NCBI GenBank assembly: GCA_028282295.1
Contig: JANQIE010000085.1
Span: 11,909-75,908, forward strand
Reading direction: 5' to 3'
Length of the DNA: 64,000 nucleotides
DNA from: Desulfobacterales bacterium
GTDB lineage: Bacteria; Desulfobacterota; Desulfobacteria; Desulfobacterales; JANQIE01
The notes beneath the pieces are model-generated. The model was not told the origin of the DNA and did no database searches. It saw only the letters and a list, made by a program, of their open reading frames with translations. Numbering within the stretch: position 1 is the stretch's first letter; each line of letters begins with the position of its first letter. The position numbers and the translations under genes are program-made. Below are positions 1-8,663 of this stretch, piece after piece.

Positions 1-512
1 GCGTAGCTGGAGTTGATGCCGCTGCCGTCCAGAAAGTTGGTCCGCACGGTGGTGCCCGATCCTTTGGGGGCGACCAGAATGACATCCACATCAGCCGGCG
101 GCACAATGCCGGTTTGATCTTTGTAAACAATGCCGAAACCGTGCGAGAAGTACAAGGCGTCGCCCTGGTTCAGGCACGCTTTGATTTGCGGCCAGGCCGC
201 AACCTGACCCGCGTCGGATAACAGGTACTGGATGATGGTCGCTTTTTTTGCGGCCTCTTCGATCGGCAACAGGGTCTCGCCGGGAACAAAACCGTCCGCC
301 TTGGCTTTTTCATAGGATGCGCTTCCTTCGCGCTGACCCACGATAACATTGATGCCGTTGTCGCGCATGTTCAGCGCCTGACCCGGTCCCTGGACACCGT
401 AACCGAGTACGGCGATGACTTCATCCTTAAGGACTTCACGTGCTTTTTCCAGGGTGAACTCTTCGGCTGTAACAACTTCTTCAACTACGCCGCCAAAATC
501 AATCTTTGCCAT
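1..512 (-). CDS. ilvC: Ketol-acid reductoisomerase (3' end outside window)
   Basis: Not in the ORF track. Manual translation from ATG 512 (GGAGG RBS upstream): MAKIDFGGVVEEVVTAEEFTLEKAREVLKDEVIAVLGYGVQGPGQALNMRDNG...YFSHGFG...DVILVAPKGSG; follows ilvB-ilvN. Confidence 0.93.
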   Translation of the reverse strand, partial: MAKIDFGGVVEEVVTAEEFTLEKAREVLKDEVIAVLGYGVQGPGQALNMRDNGINVIVGQREGSASYEKAKADGFVPGETLLPIEEAAKKATIIQYLLSDAGQVAAWPQIKACLNQGDALYFSHGFGIVYKDQTGIVPPADVDVILVAPKGSGTTVRTNFLDGSGINSSY

Positions 513-612
513 TTTTTCCTCCAACAGTCGTTTAGTAGTATAATCGTTCCGCGGTTTAAATTTGTGTAGCGGAGACGATAGTAAAATTCCAAATAGTTAT
601 TTGAAATTCGGG

Positions 613-1140
613 TTAGCGCCGGTGCTTGGACTCGCGGTTCAGGGCGCAAATGCCGGTGCGCGCGATTTTGCGAATCCCGAAGGGCTTGAGCAGGCTCAGG
701 ATTGCTTCCAGTTTGCCTTCGTCGCCGGTGACTTCTATGGTGTAGTGCTCGGGACCGACATCCACCACCTTGCAGCGGAAGATGTCGACCATCCGCAGGA
801 TTTCAGCCCGGTGGTCGGCTTTGGCCGACACACAGATGAGCGCCATTTCGCGTTGCACCGACGCCATGACGGCCATGCGGCGCACTTTGATGACGTTCAC
901 CAGCTTGTTTACCTGTTTTTCGATTTGTTCGATAATCGCGCGGTTGCCCTGGGTTGCGAGCGTGATGCGCGATACGTTCGGGTCGGTGGTGGCCGCTACG
1001 TTCAGGCTTTCGATGTTGTAGCCGCGCCCGCTGAAAAGACCGACGATCCGTGAAAGCACGCCCGGTTCATTGTCGACCAGGATGGACAGAACCTTTTTTT
1101 CTTCGCAGATTGTTGCATTGCCATTTTTCATCGCAGTCAC
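613..1140 (-). CDS. ilvN: Acetolactate synthase small (regulatory) subunit
   Basis: LSILVDNEPGVLSRIVGLFSGRGYNIESL ACT-domain signature; exact start uncertain. Confidence 0.95.
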   Translation of the reverse strand: MTAMKNGNATICEEKKVLSILVDNEPGVLSRIVGLFSGRGYNIESLNVAATTDPNVSRITLATQGNRAIIEQIEKQVNKLVNVIKVRRMAVMASVQREMALICVSAKADHRAEILRMVDIFRCKVVDVGPEHYTIEVTGDEGKLEAILSLLKPFGIRKIARTGICALNRESKHRR

Positions 1141-1157
1141 TCGCTTTTTTGTGTTTG

Positions 1158-2846
1158 CTAAACCAACAGCATTTCCGTAATCGCCTTGCCGGCCGGCACC
1201 ATGGGGTAGACACTCTCTTCCCGGTCTACCGCAAAATCCATGATCACCGGGCGCGGCACGCTCAGGCCCTCGGCCAGTACTTTTTCAACTTCATCAGGTT
1301 TGGCGGCCCGCAGGCCCACCGCACCAAAGGCTTCGGCCAGCTTGACGAAATCCGGGGCGTGTTCCATGCAGGTGCAGGCGTAGTTCTTCTGATAGAAAAG
1401 CTCCTGCCATTGGCGCACCATGCCCAGGTAGCCGTTGTTGAGAATTACCACCTTCACCGGCAGGCAGCACTGGACCGCGGTGGCCATCTCCTGGATGTTC
1501 ATCTGAATACTGCCGTCACCGGCTACATCGACCACCAGTTTGTCCGGGCAGGCGATTTGCGCGCCGATGGCGGCCGGCAGTCCAAAGCCCATGGTGCCCA
1601 GCCCGCCCGAGGAGATAAAATGGTTCGGCGCCTTGAAGTGGTAGTACTGTGCCGTCCACATCTGGTTCTGCCCCACCTCAGTGGTGATGATGGCTTCACC
1701 TTTGGAAAGCTCGAACAGTTTTTCGATGACATATTGCGGTTTGATCACGTCTTTTTGTTCGTAGGCCAAAGGGGTGGTCGCCTTCCATTCGGCAATCCGG
1801 TCATGCCAGGGTTGCGTGCGGGTGGCCAGAGCATCCAGATCCTGCGTTTTGAGCATGTGGTTCAGGTGGGACAGGGTGATCCTGCAATCGCCGACCACCG
1901 GAATGGTGACCGGGATGTTCTTGCGGATCGACGTGGGATCGATATCGATATGCACGATTTTGGCCTGGGCCGCGAAAACATCGGTCTTGCCGGTGACCCG
2001 GTCGTCAAAACGGGCGCCGACGGCGATCATCAGATCGCAAGCCCCGGTGCACATGTTGGCCCGATAGGTGCCGTGCATGCCGAGCATGCCCAGCCACAAG
2101 GGATCACTGCCCGGAAAGGCCCCCAGCCCCATCAGGGAGGTGGTGACCGGGATGCGGGCTTTGCGGGCCAGCTCGGTGAGTTCGTCATAGGCGCCGGACA
2201 GGATCGCTCCGCCGCCGGCAAAAATCAGCGGACGCTCGGCCTGCATGATCAGGTCGATGACCTTCTGGAGCTGTTTTTTGTTGGGCTCGTAGGTTGGATT
2301 GTACGACCGCATTTTGATCGGCTCCGGTTCTTTGTAAGCCGTCTTGCCGGCCGACACGTCCTTGGGCAGGTCGATCAACACCGGGCCGGGGCGTCCGCTA
2401 CGGGCGATGTGAAACGCCTCCTTGACGGTGTTCGCCAGATCGTTGATGTCCTTGATCAGGTAGTTGTGTTTGGAGCACGGCCGGGTGATGCCCACGATAT
2501 CGACTTCCTGGAAGGCATCGTTGCCGATCAGGTGCGTGGGCACCTGACCCGTGAACACCACCATCGGGATTGAGTCCATGTAAGCGGTGGCGATACCGGT
2601 CACCGTGTTGGTCGCGCCGGGACCGGAGGTCACCAGACAAACCCCGACCTTGCCGCTGGCCCGGGCGTAACCGTCGGCGGCATGGACCGCCCCTTGTTCG
2701 TGGCGGACCAGGACATGGCGAATCTCTTGGGTGCGCGATAGTTCGTCGTAAATATCGATCACCACACCTCCGGGGTAACCGAAAATCGTATCAACGCCTT
2801 CTTCTTTGAGAACTTTCATTAGGATTTGAGCGCCTGTCAGTTCCAT
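1158..2846 (-). CDS. ilvB: Acetolactate synthase large subunit
   Basis: FGYPGG, RHEQGAVHAADGYAR, TSGPGATN, ThDP motif GDGSIQMNIQE. Confidence 0.97.
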   Translation of the reverse strand: MELTGAQILMKVLKEEGVDTIFGYPGGVVIDIYDELSRTQEIRHVLVRHEQGAVHAADGYARASGKVGVCLVTSGPGATNTVTGIATAYMDSIPMVVFTGQVPTHLIGNDAFQEVDIVGITRPCSKHNYLIKDINDLANTVKEAFHIARSGRPGPVLIDLPKDVSAGKTAYKEPEPIKMRSYNPTYEPNKKQLQKVIDLIMQAERPLIFAGGGAILSGAYDELTELARKARIPVTTSLMGLGAFPGSDPLWLGMLGMHGTYRANMCTGACDLMIAVGARFDDRVTGKTDVFAAQAKIVHIDIDPTSIRKNIPVTIPVVGDCRITLSHLNHMLKTQDLDALATRTQPWHDRIAEWKATTPLAYEQKDVIKPQYVIEKLFELSKGEAIITTEVGQNQMWTAQYYHFKAPNHFISSGGLGTMGFGLPAAIGAQIACPDKLVVDVAGDGSIQMNIQEMATAVQCCLPVKVVILNNGYLGMVRQWQELFYQKNYACTCMEHAPDFVKLAEAFGAVGLRAAKPDEVEKVLAEGLSVPRPVIMDFAVDREESVYPMVPAGKAITEMLLV

Positions 2847-2882
2847 GATGAACCTCTTTTAGGTTTGGATGATGGTTGTATT

Positions 2883-2938
2883 TTTGAAATTTGAAACTCG
2901 AAACTCGAAATTTGAAATTTGAAATTTGAAATTTGAGG
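2883..2938. repeat. Heptamer tandem repeat (TTTGAAA/CTCGAAA) x8
   Basis: tttgaaa tttgaaa ctcgaaa ctcgaaa tttgaaa tttgaaa tttgaaa tttgagg read directly. Confidence 0.85.
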
Positions 2939-2939
2939 C

Positions 2940-3001
2940 TGTAGGGGCGGCGTTTCGCCGCGAGCCGGATTTAAATCGCAACGGGACGCTGCGCCGCTGC
3001 A
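2940..3001. repeat. GTAG-type REP-like palindrome pair
   Basis: tGTAGgggcggcgtttcgccgcga...tcgcaacgggacgctgcgccgctgca, degenerate inverted REP dimer. Confidence 0.45.
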
Positions 3002-3125
3002 ATCGTAAAACAATTTTGATCGGTTATCCGAAAAGTCCAATTGGATTCCTTCTTCGTTTTCCCCCTCAAGGGGCATAGCCGTCAGGCTAAGGCGCTAAAT
3101 AAGCAAAAAGGTATTTTGTCGTTTA

Positions 3126-3223
3126 GATCCTGGACCCCGGCTTTCGCCGGGGTGGCGAAGTACTTTCCTGCGTCATTCCTTCGCCCCCCGGATCGGGTCC
3201 GGTGCAGGCCCCGGCATCCAGAT
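3126..3223. repeat. REP-like palindromes (GTCAT..CCGG..CCGG.ATCCAG family)
   Basis: ccccggctttcgccgggg hairpin and cgtcattcc...ccggcatccaga; related units at 6855 and 17600-17702. Confidence 0.55.
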
Positions 3224-3271
3224 ATAAATGACCTCCATCCGTAATTCTTAATTCCAAGAATCCCAATCGCC

Positions 3272-4942
3272 CTACCGCACCACGGCCCCCTTGCTGGCCG
3301 CCGATACGGTTTTGGCGTAGCGGGCCATGTAGCCGTGGGTGATTTTGGGCGGGGGCGGTTGCCATGACTCAATGCGCTGCCGGATCTCTTCTTCGGAAAT
3401 CTTCAATTGAATACGTTTATTCGGTATGTCGATGGCGATGCGGTCATCTTCCCGCACAATGGCGATGGGGCCGCCCTGCATCGCTTCAGGAGAAATGTGC
3501 CCGATGCTGGCCCCCCGGGTGCCGCCGGAAAAGCGGCCGTCGGTCAACAGGGCCACATGGGCGTCCAGCCCCATGCCGGCGATGGCCGCTGTCGGGGTCA
3601 GCATTTCGCGCATGCCCGGACCGCCTTTGGGACCTTCGTAACGGATGACGATGACGTCGCCCTTGTTGATCTGTTTTTCAAGAATCGCTTGAGTGGCCTC
3701 TTCTTCCGAGTCAAAGATCCGCGCCGGACCTTCATGGGTCATCATTTCGTCGCACACCGCCGATTGTTTGACCACACAGCCCTCCGGGGCCAGGTTGCCG
3801 AACAGGACCGCGAGCCCGCCTTGTTTGTGATAGGGATTGTCGATGGGGCGAATGACTTCCGGGTTCACGGCTTTAACCCGCGTCAGGTTGGCCTGCACGG
3901 TTTGCCCCGTCACCGTCAGGCAATCGCCCTTGATGCGGCCGTCGTCGGCCAGGATTTTCATGACACCGGGGATCCCGCCGGCCCGGTACAGGTCCTCGAT
4001 GTGATCCTTGCCGCCGGGGCTCAGGGAACACAGGTGCGGGGTAGCCTGACTGACTTCGTTGATCAGGTTCAGGTCCAGGTCGACTTCGGCCTCCTGGGCC
4101 AGGGCGGTGAGGTGTAAAACGGTGTTGGTGGAGCAGCCCAGGGCCATGTCGACGGCCAGGGCGTTGCGAAAGGCGTCCGGGGTCATGATTTGACGCGGGG
4201 TGATGCCCTTGGCGTGCAGGTCGACAATGCGCAGGCCGGCTTCCTTGGCCAGACGGATGCGCGCCGACATCACTGCCGGGATGGTGCCGTTGCCCGGCAG
4301 GCCCATGCCGATGACTTCGCTCAGGCAGTTCATGGAGTTGGCGGTGAACATGCCGGAGCAGGAACCACAGGTGGGGCAGGCTTCATCTTCGATTTGTGCC
4401 AGTTCCGCCTCGCTCATGTTGCCGGCCCGCACGGCGCCCACGGCTTCGAAGACCGTGATCAGGTCGATGGCCTGGTCGCAGCCGGGATCGGGATGACGAC
4501 CGGCCAGCATCGGGCCGCCGCTGAGCACGATGGCCGGGAGGTTCAAACGGGCCGCGGCCATGAGCATGCCGGGCACGATTTTATCGCAGTTGGGAACCAG
4601 CACCAGGGCGTCGAGGGCGTGGGCCGTGGCCACCACCTCGATGGAATCGGCTATCAATTCACGGCTTCCCAGAGAGTACTTCATGCCCACATGATTCATG
4701 GCGATGCCGTCGCAGACACCGATGGTGCCGAACTCCACGGGTGTGCCGCCGGCGGTGTAAATCCCGGCCTTGACCGCCTCGACCAGTTTGTCGAGATGAA
4801 CGTGCCCCGGAATGATGGTGTTGGCGGAATTGGCAATACCGATCAACGGTTTTTTGATTTCACTGTCGGTGTATCCCATGGCCTTGAACAGACTGCGGTG
4901 CGGCGCGCGTTCGATGCCTTTTTTGACGTTGTCGCTTTTCAT
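3272..4942 (-). CDS. ilvD: Dihydroxy-acid dehydratase
   Basis: [32 protein letters not shown]; ATG 4942 preceded by AAGGAG. Confidence 0.97.
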   Translation of the reverse strand: MKSDNVKKGIERAPHRSLFKAMGYTDSEIKKPLIGIANSANTIIPGHVHLDKLVEAVKAGIYTAGGTPVEFGTIGVCDGIAMNHVGMKYSLGSRELIADSIEVVATAHALDALVLVPNCDKIVPGMLMAAARLNLPAIVLSGGPMLAGRHPDPGCDQAIDLITVFEAVGAVRAGNMSEAELAQIEDEACPTCGSCSGMFTANSMNCLSEVIGMGLPGNGTIPAVMSARIRLAKEAGLRIVDLHAKGITPRQIMTPDAFRNALAVDMALGCSTNTVLHLTALAQEAEVDLDLNLINEVSQATPHLCSLSPGGKDHIEDLYRAGGIPGVMKILADDGRIKGDCLTVTGQTVQANLTRVKAVNPEVIRPIDNPYHKQGGLAVLFGNLAPEGCVVKQSAVCDEMMTHEGPARIFDSEEEATQAILEKQINKGDVIVIRYEGPKGGPGMREMLTPTAAIAGMGLDAHVALLTDGRFSGGTRGASIGHISPEAMQGGPIAIVREDDRIAIDIPNKRIQLKISEEEIRQRIESWQPPPPKITHGYMARYAKTVSAASKGAVVR

Positions 4943-5028
4943 ACCCGGTATCTCCTTATCGATGGACATTTGTTGGACATTTGTTCACAAAAGTTCAAGC
5001 TCTACCGTTTTCGGGTCGTGTTAAAACC

Positions 5029-5071
5029 AAAAAAAATCCGTTATCAGCGCTTGGGGCTGATAACGGATTTT
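5029..5071 (-). terminator. Attenuator terminator of the ilv leader
   Basis: Stem aaaatccgttatcagc / gctgataacggatttt running into an 8-T tract on the minus strand, ~90 bp upstream of ilvD. Confidence 0.9.
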
Positions 5072-5094
5072 AAAGTTTCTTGGTGGTCAGGCAG

Positions 5095-5196
5095 TCAGCC
5101 CGTTATCAACCCTTTGTCCTCGTAGTCGAGAAGTACAACCACGAGGCTGAGAATAAGGATAAGAAGGTTGATAACGGTTACGTTTTGAATCATCAT
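5095..5196 (-). CDS. ilv operon leader (attenuator) peptide, 33 aa
   Basis: MMIQNVTVINLLILILSLVVVLLDYEDKGLITG*; 18/33 residues are Ile/Leu/Val; terminator follows immediately. Confidence 0.88.
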   Translation of the reverse strand: MMIQNVTVINLLILILSLVVVLLDYEDKGLITG

Positions 5197-5225
5197 ATTA
5201 CCTGAAAATTCGATGTTGGCTTCAA

Positions 5226-5254
5226 GCCATATCAGCCTGTTTTTACCCTGTCAA
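5226..5254 (-). promoter_or_regulatory. Putative sigma70 promoter of the ilv leader
   Basis: TTGACA-N17-TATGGC with TGn extension, ~30 bp upstream of the leader ATG. Confidence 0.55.
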
Positions 5255-5364
5255 GCAGTTTTCGTTAGGAGTACGTTAAAAAAAATGAAGATATTCGGAC
5301 TGTTGCCGGTTGACTCCGTTCATGGCTTTGCCTACATTGGAAAAAATCAACAGCCAAAAAAACT

Positions 5365-6003
5365 ATGTCACTAAAAACGTTCCAAAATTTGCCGGTCGCC
5401 AAACAACGGCGCATCACGCAGGCGGCGGTGGATGAATTCAGCGTCAAGGGGTACGCCGGCGCGAGCATCAACGCCATTGTGAAGAACCTGGGCATTGCCA
5501 AGGGGTCCATTTTTCAGTACTTCGGCGATAAAAAGGGGCTCTTTCTGTTTGTGTTCGATCATGCCATGCAGATGGTCAAGGGCAACCTGAAAACCGTGCG
5601 CGAATCGACCCGGGAAGAAGATCTGTTCACCCGGCTTGAAAAAACCATGCTGGCCGGGGTGCTGTTTTTAAATGAGCATCCGGTGATTTACAAACTTTAC
5701 CTGACGATCATGTTCGAGTCGGGGATTCCCTTTCGCACCGAGATCCTGACGTCCCTGCGTCAGTATAGTGTGAAATACCTGCGGGGGCTGCTCGAAGACG
5801 CACACCGGCGCGGCGAGTTGCGCGAGGATCTCGATCTGGACAAGGCCGGGTTTTTACTCGATGCGGTGATGGATCGTTTTTTACAGGCTCAGACCACGGC
5901 CCACCTGGACGCCGGCCTGGGGGTCTACCAGTGTGACATGGAGACGGCCCGCCGTTGGGTGACCGGGCTGTTGGCGGTTATGCGCACGGGGGTTTTGAAG
6001 TAA
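5365..6003 (+). CDS. TetR/AcrR family transcriptional regulator
   Basis: AAVDEFSVKGYAGASINAIVKNLGIAKGSIFQYFGDKKGLF HTH. Confidence 0.92.
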   Translation: MSLKTFQNLPVAKQRRITQAAVDEFSVKGYAGASINAIVKNLGIAKGSIFQYFGDKKGLFLFVFDHAMQMVKGNLKTVRESTREEDLFTRLEKTMLAGVLFLNEHPVIYKLYLTIMFESGIPFRTEILTSLRQYSVKYLRGLLEDAHRRGELREDLDLDKAGFLLDAVMDRFLQAQTTAHLDAGLGVYQCDMETARRWVTGLLAVMRTGVLK

Positions 6004-6004
6004 A

Positions 6005-6775
6005 ATGGGCGATCGTTCGACTGACGGCGATATTCTTGTCGTTGCCGCCGTTGATGATGAATCGGTTTTGTTGGCTGACCAACTGGAGTATCCCGGCCGG
6101 CAGTATTGCGGCCACCGTGACGTGTTGACCGGCAGACTCATGCAATGGCCGGTGCGCTTGCTGACCGCCGGGGTCGGTCTTGTGAATACGGCCCAGGCGT
6201 TGACCGCCGCCATTGAATCCCGGCGGCCACGCTTGATTATCCAGATCGGTTCGGCCGGGGTGTTTGGCCAAAGCGGTTTGGATGTCGGTGCAATCGGTCT
6301 GGCCACGTGTGAAATCGATGTTCAGTTGGGATTGGAAACGCCAAACGCCGGTGTGGCCGATTCGGCGGCGCAATTGCCGTTTGCAGTGCTCAGGACGGCA
6401 GGGCGCGCCTATACGAATCGATTTGAATTGCCCGCGGGGTGGGTGGCGTGGGCCAAAACCACGCTCCAATCTCATGCCCGGTTTGAAGGCGTGCCGGTCG
6501 CCGACGGTCCTTTTGTCACTGTGAGCACCGTCACCACCACGGACCGGCGCGCGCAGGCACTTTATGCTGAACACGCTGGCATCATGGAAAACATGGAAGG
6601 GGCGGCGGCGGCCCATTTGGCGTTGTTTTACAACCTTGCGCTGGTGGAGGTGCGGACCGCGAGCAATCTTGTCGGCCATCGGGACCGCCGGTCGTGGCGG
6701 CTCGCCGAGGCCCACCGGACCTGTTGCGAGGCGGTTTTAACCTTGATGGCGGCCATGGATCGGGCGCCGTTTTGA
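6005..6775 (+). CDS. mqnB: Futalosine hydrolase
   Basis: PNP/MTAN fold: GVGLVNTA, TVSTVT, MENMEGAAAAH, EVRTASNLVG.RDR..W; in mqn cluster. Confidence 0.88.
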   Translation: MGDRSTDGDILVVAAVDDESVLLADQLEYPGRQYCGHRDVLTGRLMQWPVRLLTAGVGLVNTAQALTAAIESRRPRLIIQIGSAGVFGQSGLDVGAIGLATCEIDVQLGLETPNAGVADSAAQLPFAVLRTAGRAYTNRFELPAGWVAWAKTTLQSHARFEGVPVADGPFVTVSTVTTTDRRAQALYAEHAGIMENMEGAAAAHLALFYNLALVEVRTASNLVGHRDRRSWRLAEAHRTCCEAVLTLMAAMDRAPF

Positions 6776-6820
6776 ATAGGCTTCAAGAAAACGCGGTTGC
6801 CCATTGCGAGAAACAACAGT

Positions 6821-6953
6821 TATTATTAAACCGGCGGCTAAATAGGCAGACCTTCGTCATGCCGGACTTGATCCGGCATCCAGAATTGACACTTGATGCC
6901 GGCGCTCGCCGGGATCACAATTTTAAAGGTATTTTATTGCCGGGTTAATAATA
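6821..6953. mobile_element. MITE-like element with terminal inverted repeats enclosing a REP hairpin
   Basis: tattattaaaccggc ... gccgggttaataata (14/15 inverted match); internal gtcatgccggacttgatccggcatccag. Confidence 0.6.
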
Positions 6954-7792
6954 TGCTTCAAACGCTTTCCCTGGCCTATTCCACTTGCCCGAATGACACG
7001 TTTCTTTTTTACGCCCTGGCTCACGCCAAGGTTACGGTGCCGCAAATCGGTTTCGATATTGTTTTGGATGATGTGGAAACCCTGAATCAGGCCGCCCGGC
7101 ACGGCCGTTACGACATCACCAAAATGTCCTTTGCCGCGTTGGGACACTTGCAGGATCGCTATGCGTTGCTGCGCAGTGGAGCGGCTTTGGGCCGCGGCTG
7201 CGGTCCATTGGTGGTGGCCCGGCCCGGTTTCGATATCAACCGTCTGGCGCAAACACCGGTGGCGGTGCCCGGCTTGTGGACCACGGCTCATTTGCTGCTG
7301 GCGCTCTACTTGGACGACGTTCCGAATGCACAACCGATGGTGTTCGATCAGGTCATGCCGGCGGTCAAAGCCGGCGCGTACCGGGCCGGGGTGATTATTC
7401 ATGAAGGCCGCTTTACCTATCCGGCTTACGGTTTGCAGTGTCTGGTCGATTTAGGACAGTGGTGGGAGGCCCAGACCGGTTTGCCGATTCCGCTGGGGGC
7501 CATTGCCATACGGCGCAATATGCCCGGCAAGACCGCTGCCCGGATCGAAAAGGCCATCCGGGCCAGTTTGACGTTTGCCCGCCGCCATCCGGCGCAAGTC
7601 CGGCCCTACATCGATCATCACGCTCAAGAGATGGCCCCGGATGTGGTGGATCAACACATCGAATTGTATGTCAATGATTTTACGCTCGATCTTGGCGACG
7701 AGGGGAGGCGGGCCGTGGCAACATTGTTTGAGCGGGGCCGTCGCAACGGTGTTCTGCCCCCTGGTTCACGGCCGTTGTTTATCGCAGATTAA
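6953..7792 (+). CDS. mqnD: 1,4-dihydroxy-6-naphthoate synthase
   Basis: LAYSTCPNDTF, GAALGRGCGPL, IIHEGRFTY, DLGQWWE..TGLPIPLG, HIELYVN. Confidence 0.95.
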   Translation: MLQTLSLAYSTCPNDTFLFYALAHAKVTVPQIGFDIVLDDVETLNQAARHGRYDITKMSFAALGHLQDRYALLRSGAALGRGCGPLVVARPGFDINRLAQTPVAVPGLWTTAHLLLALYLDDVPNAQPMVFDQVMPAVKAGAYRAGVIIHEGRFTYPAYGLQCLVDLGQWWEAQTGLPIPLGAIAIRRNMPGKTAARIEKAIRASLTFARRHPAQVRPYIDHHAQEMAPDVVDQHIELYVNDFTLDLGDEGRRAVATLFERGRRNGVLPPGSRPLFIAD

Positions 7793-7798
7793 GGTGAA

Positions 7799-8659
7799 TT
7801 ACGCGACAAACGCAGGTTCAACCGGTTTGTCGCACAAACCGTTGACATACGCGAGTTGGAAAAAACAGGTCAGCCCTGCCAGGTGGCGCGGCGTCAACGC
7901 ATAGCTTAGATGCTGAAAGTAGGCGCGGCAGCGATTCAGGTCGAGACCGAGCTCGGCCGCGGCCCGTGCGCACAGGTCGCTCTGGTGGCGGCGGCCCTGT
8001 TGGTGTGACTGCGCAAACAGGGATGTCAGGCGCCGGATGCTGTCCGGCTGTTGCGCGGCAAATTGTTTGCGCACGGCCCACACGGCAAAGACAAAGGGCA
8101 GCCGGGTGCGGTCATGCCACATTTTCCCCAAATCGTACACATAGCCGAAACTACCGCGCCAGTTATAGCGCAGGGCCGCATCACCGATGATCAGGGCGGC
8201 ATCGATCTGCGTTGATAGACGCTCGGGCGGTCCCACCGGGCCGGTGATGAACCGGGCGTCGATGTCTTCCATCCGCAGGAGCAGTTTGACCAGGGCGGCG
8301 GCCGAGGCCGACTCATCAGTCAGCAAAACAGTGCCGGTCGTCAGTTCACCCATTGGTCTGCGGCTCACCAGCAGCACGCTCATCACCTTGCCTTCGCAGG
8401 CAATCGATTGACCGGGCATCAGCAGCCAATCGGCCTGATTCAGGGCATACGCCATGGAAGATACCGGACTGACATCCAGACGGCTGTCGGCCAGCATCCG
8501 GTTCAGAACCGCCGGTGGGTGGTTGTGCAATTGCAGCCAGGCGGGCCGCAACCCGTTGTCCAGGCCGTAGTAAAGCGGAGCGACGTTCAGGTAGTTGATC
8601 CGGCCCAGTTTTACCGGTGTGATTGGTGTCGGCGGTTGATGTGACGTATCTGTTTTCAT
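7799..8659 (-). CDS. mqnA: Chorismate dehydratase
   Basis: GRINYLNVAPL, G.VMSVLL, LIIGDAAL, DLGKMW...T.LPFVFAVW. Confidence 0.93.
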   Translation of the reverse strand: MKTDTSHQPPTPITPVKLGRINYLNVAPLYYGLDNGLRPAWLQLHNHPPAVLNRMLADSRLDVSPVSSMAYALNQADWLLMPGQSIACEGKVMSVLLVSRRPMGELTTGTVLLTDESASAAALVKLLLRMEDIDARFITGPVGPPERLSTQIDAALIIGDAALRYNWRGSFGYVYDLGKMWHDRTRLPFVFAVWAVRKQFAAQQPDSIRRLTSLFAQSHQQGRRHQSDLCARAAAELGLDLNRCRAYFQHLSYALTPRHLAGLTCFFQLAYVNGLCDKPVEPAFVA

Positions 8660-8663
8660 GGTG

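Noticed and set aside
1050-2573. Long antisense ORFs (also 4190-5125, 29669-31147, 47234-48058, 49093-50133, 52167-53039)
   Set aside because: Shadows of GC-rich conserved genes on the opposite strand; no motifs or RBS
2883-2938. Short repeats as a possible CRISPR array
   Set aside because: 7-bp tandem units without spacers; no cas genes in the window
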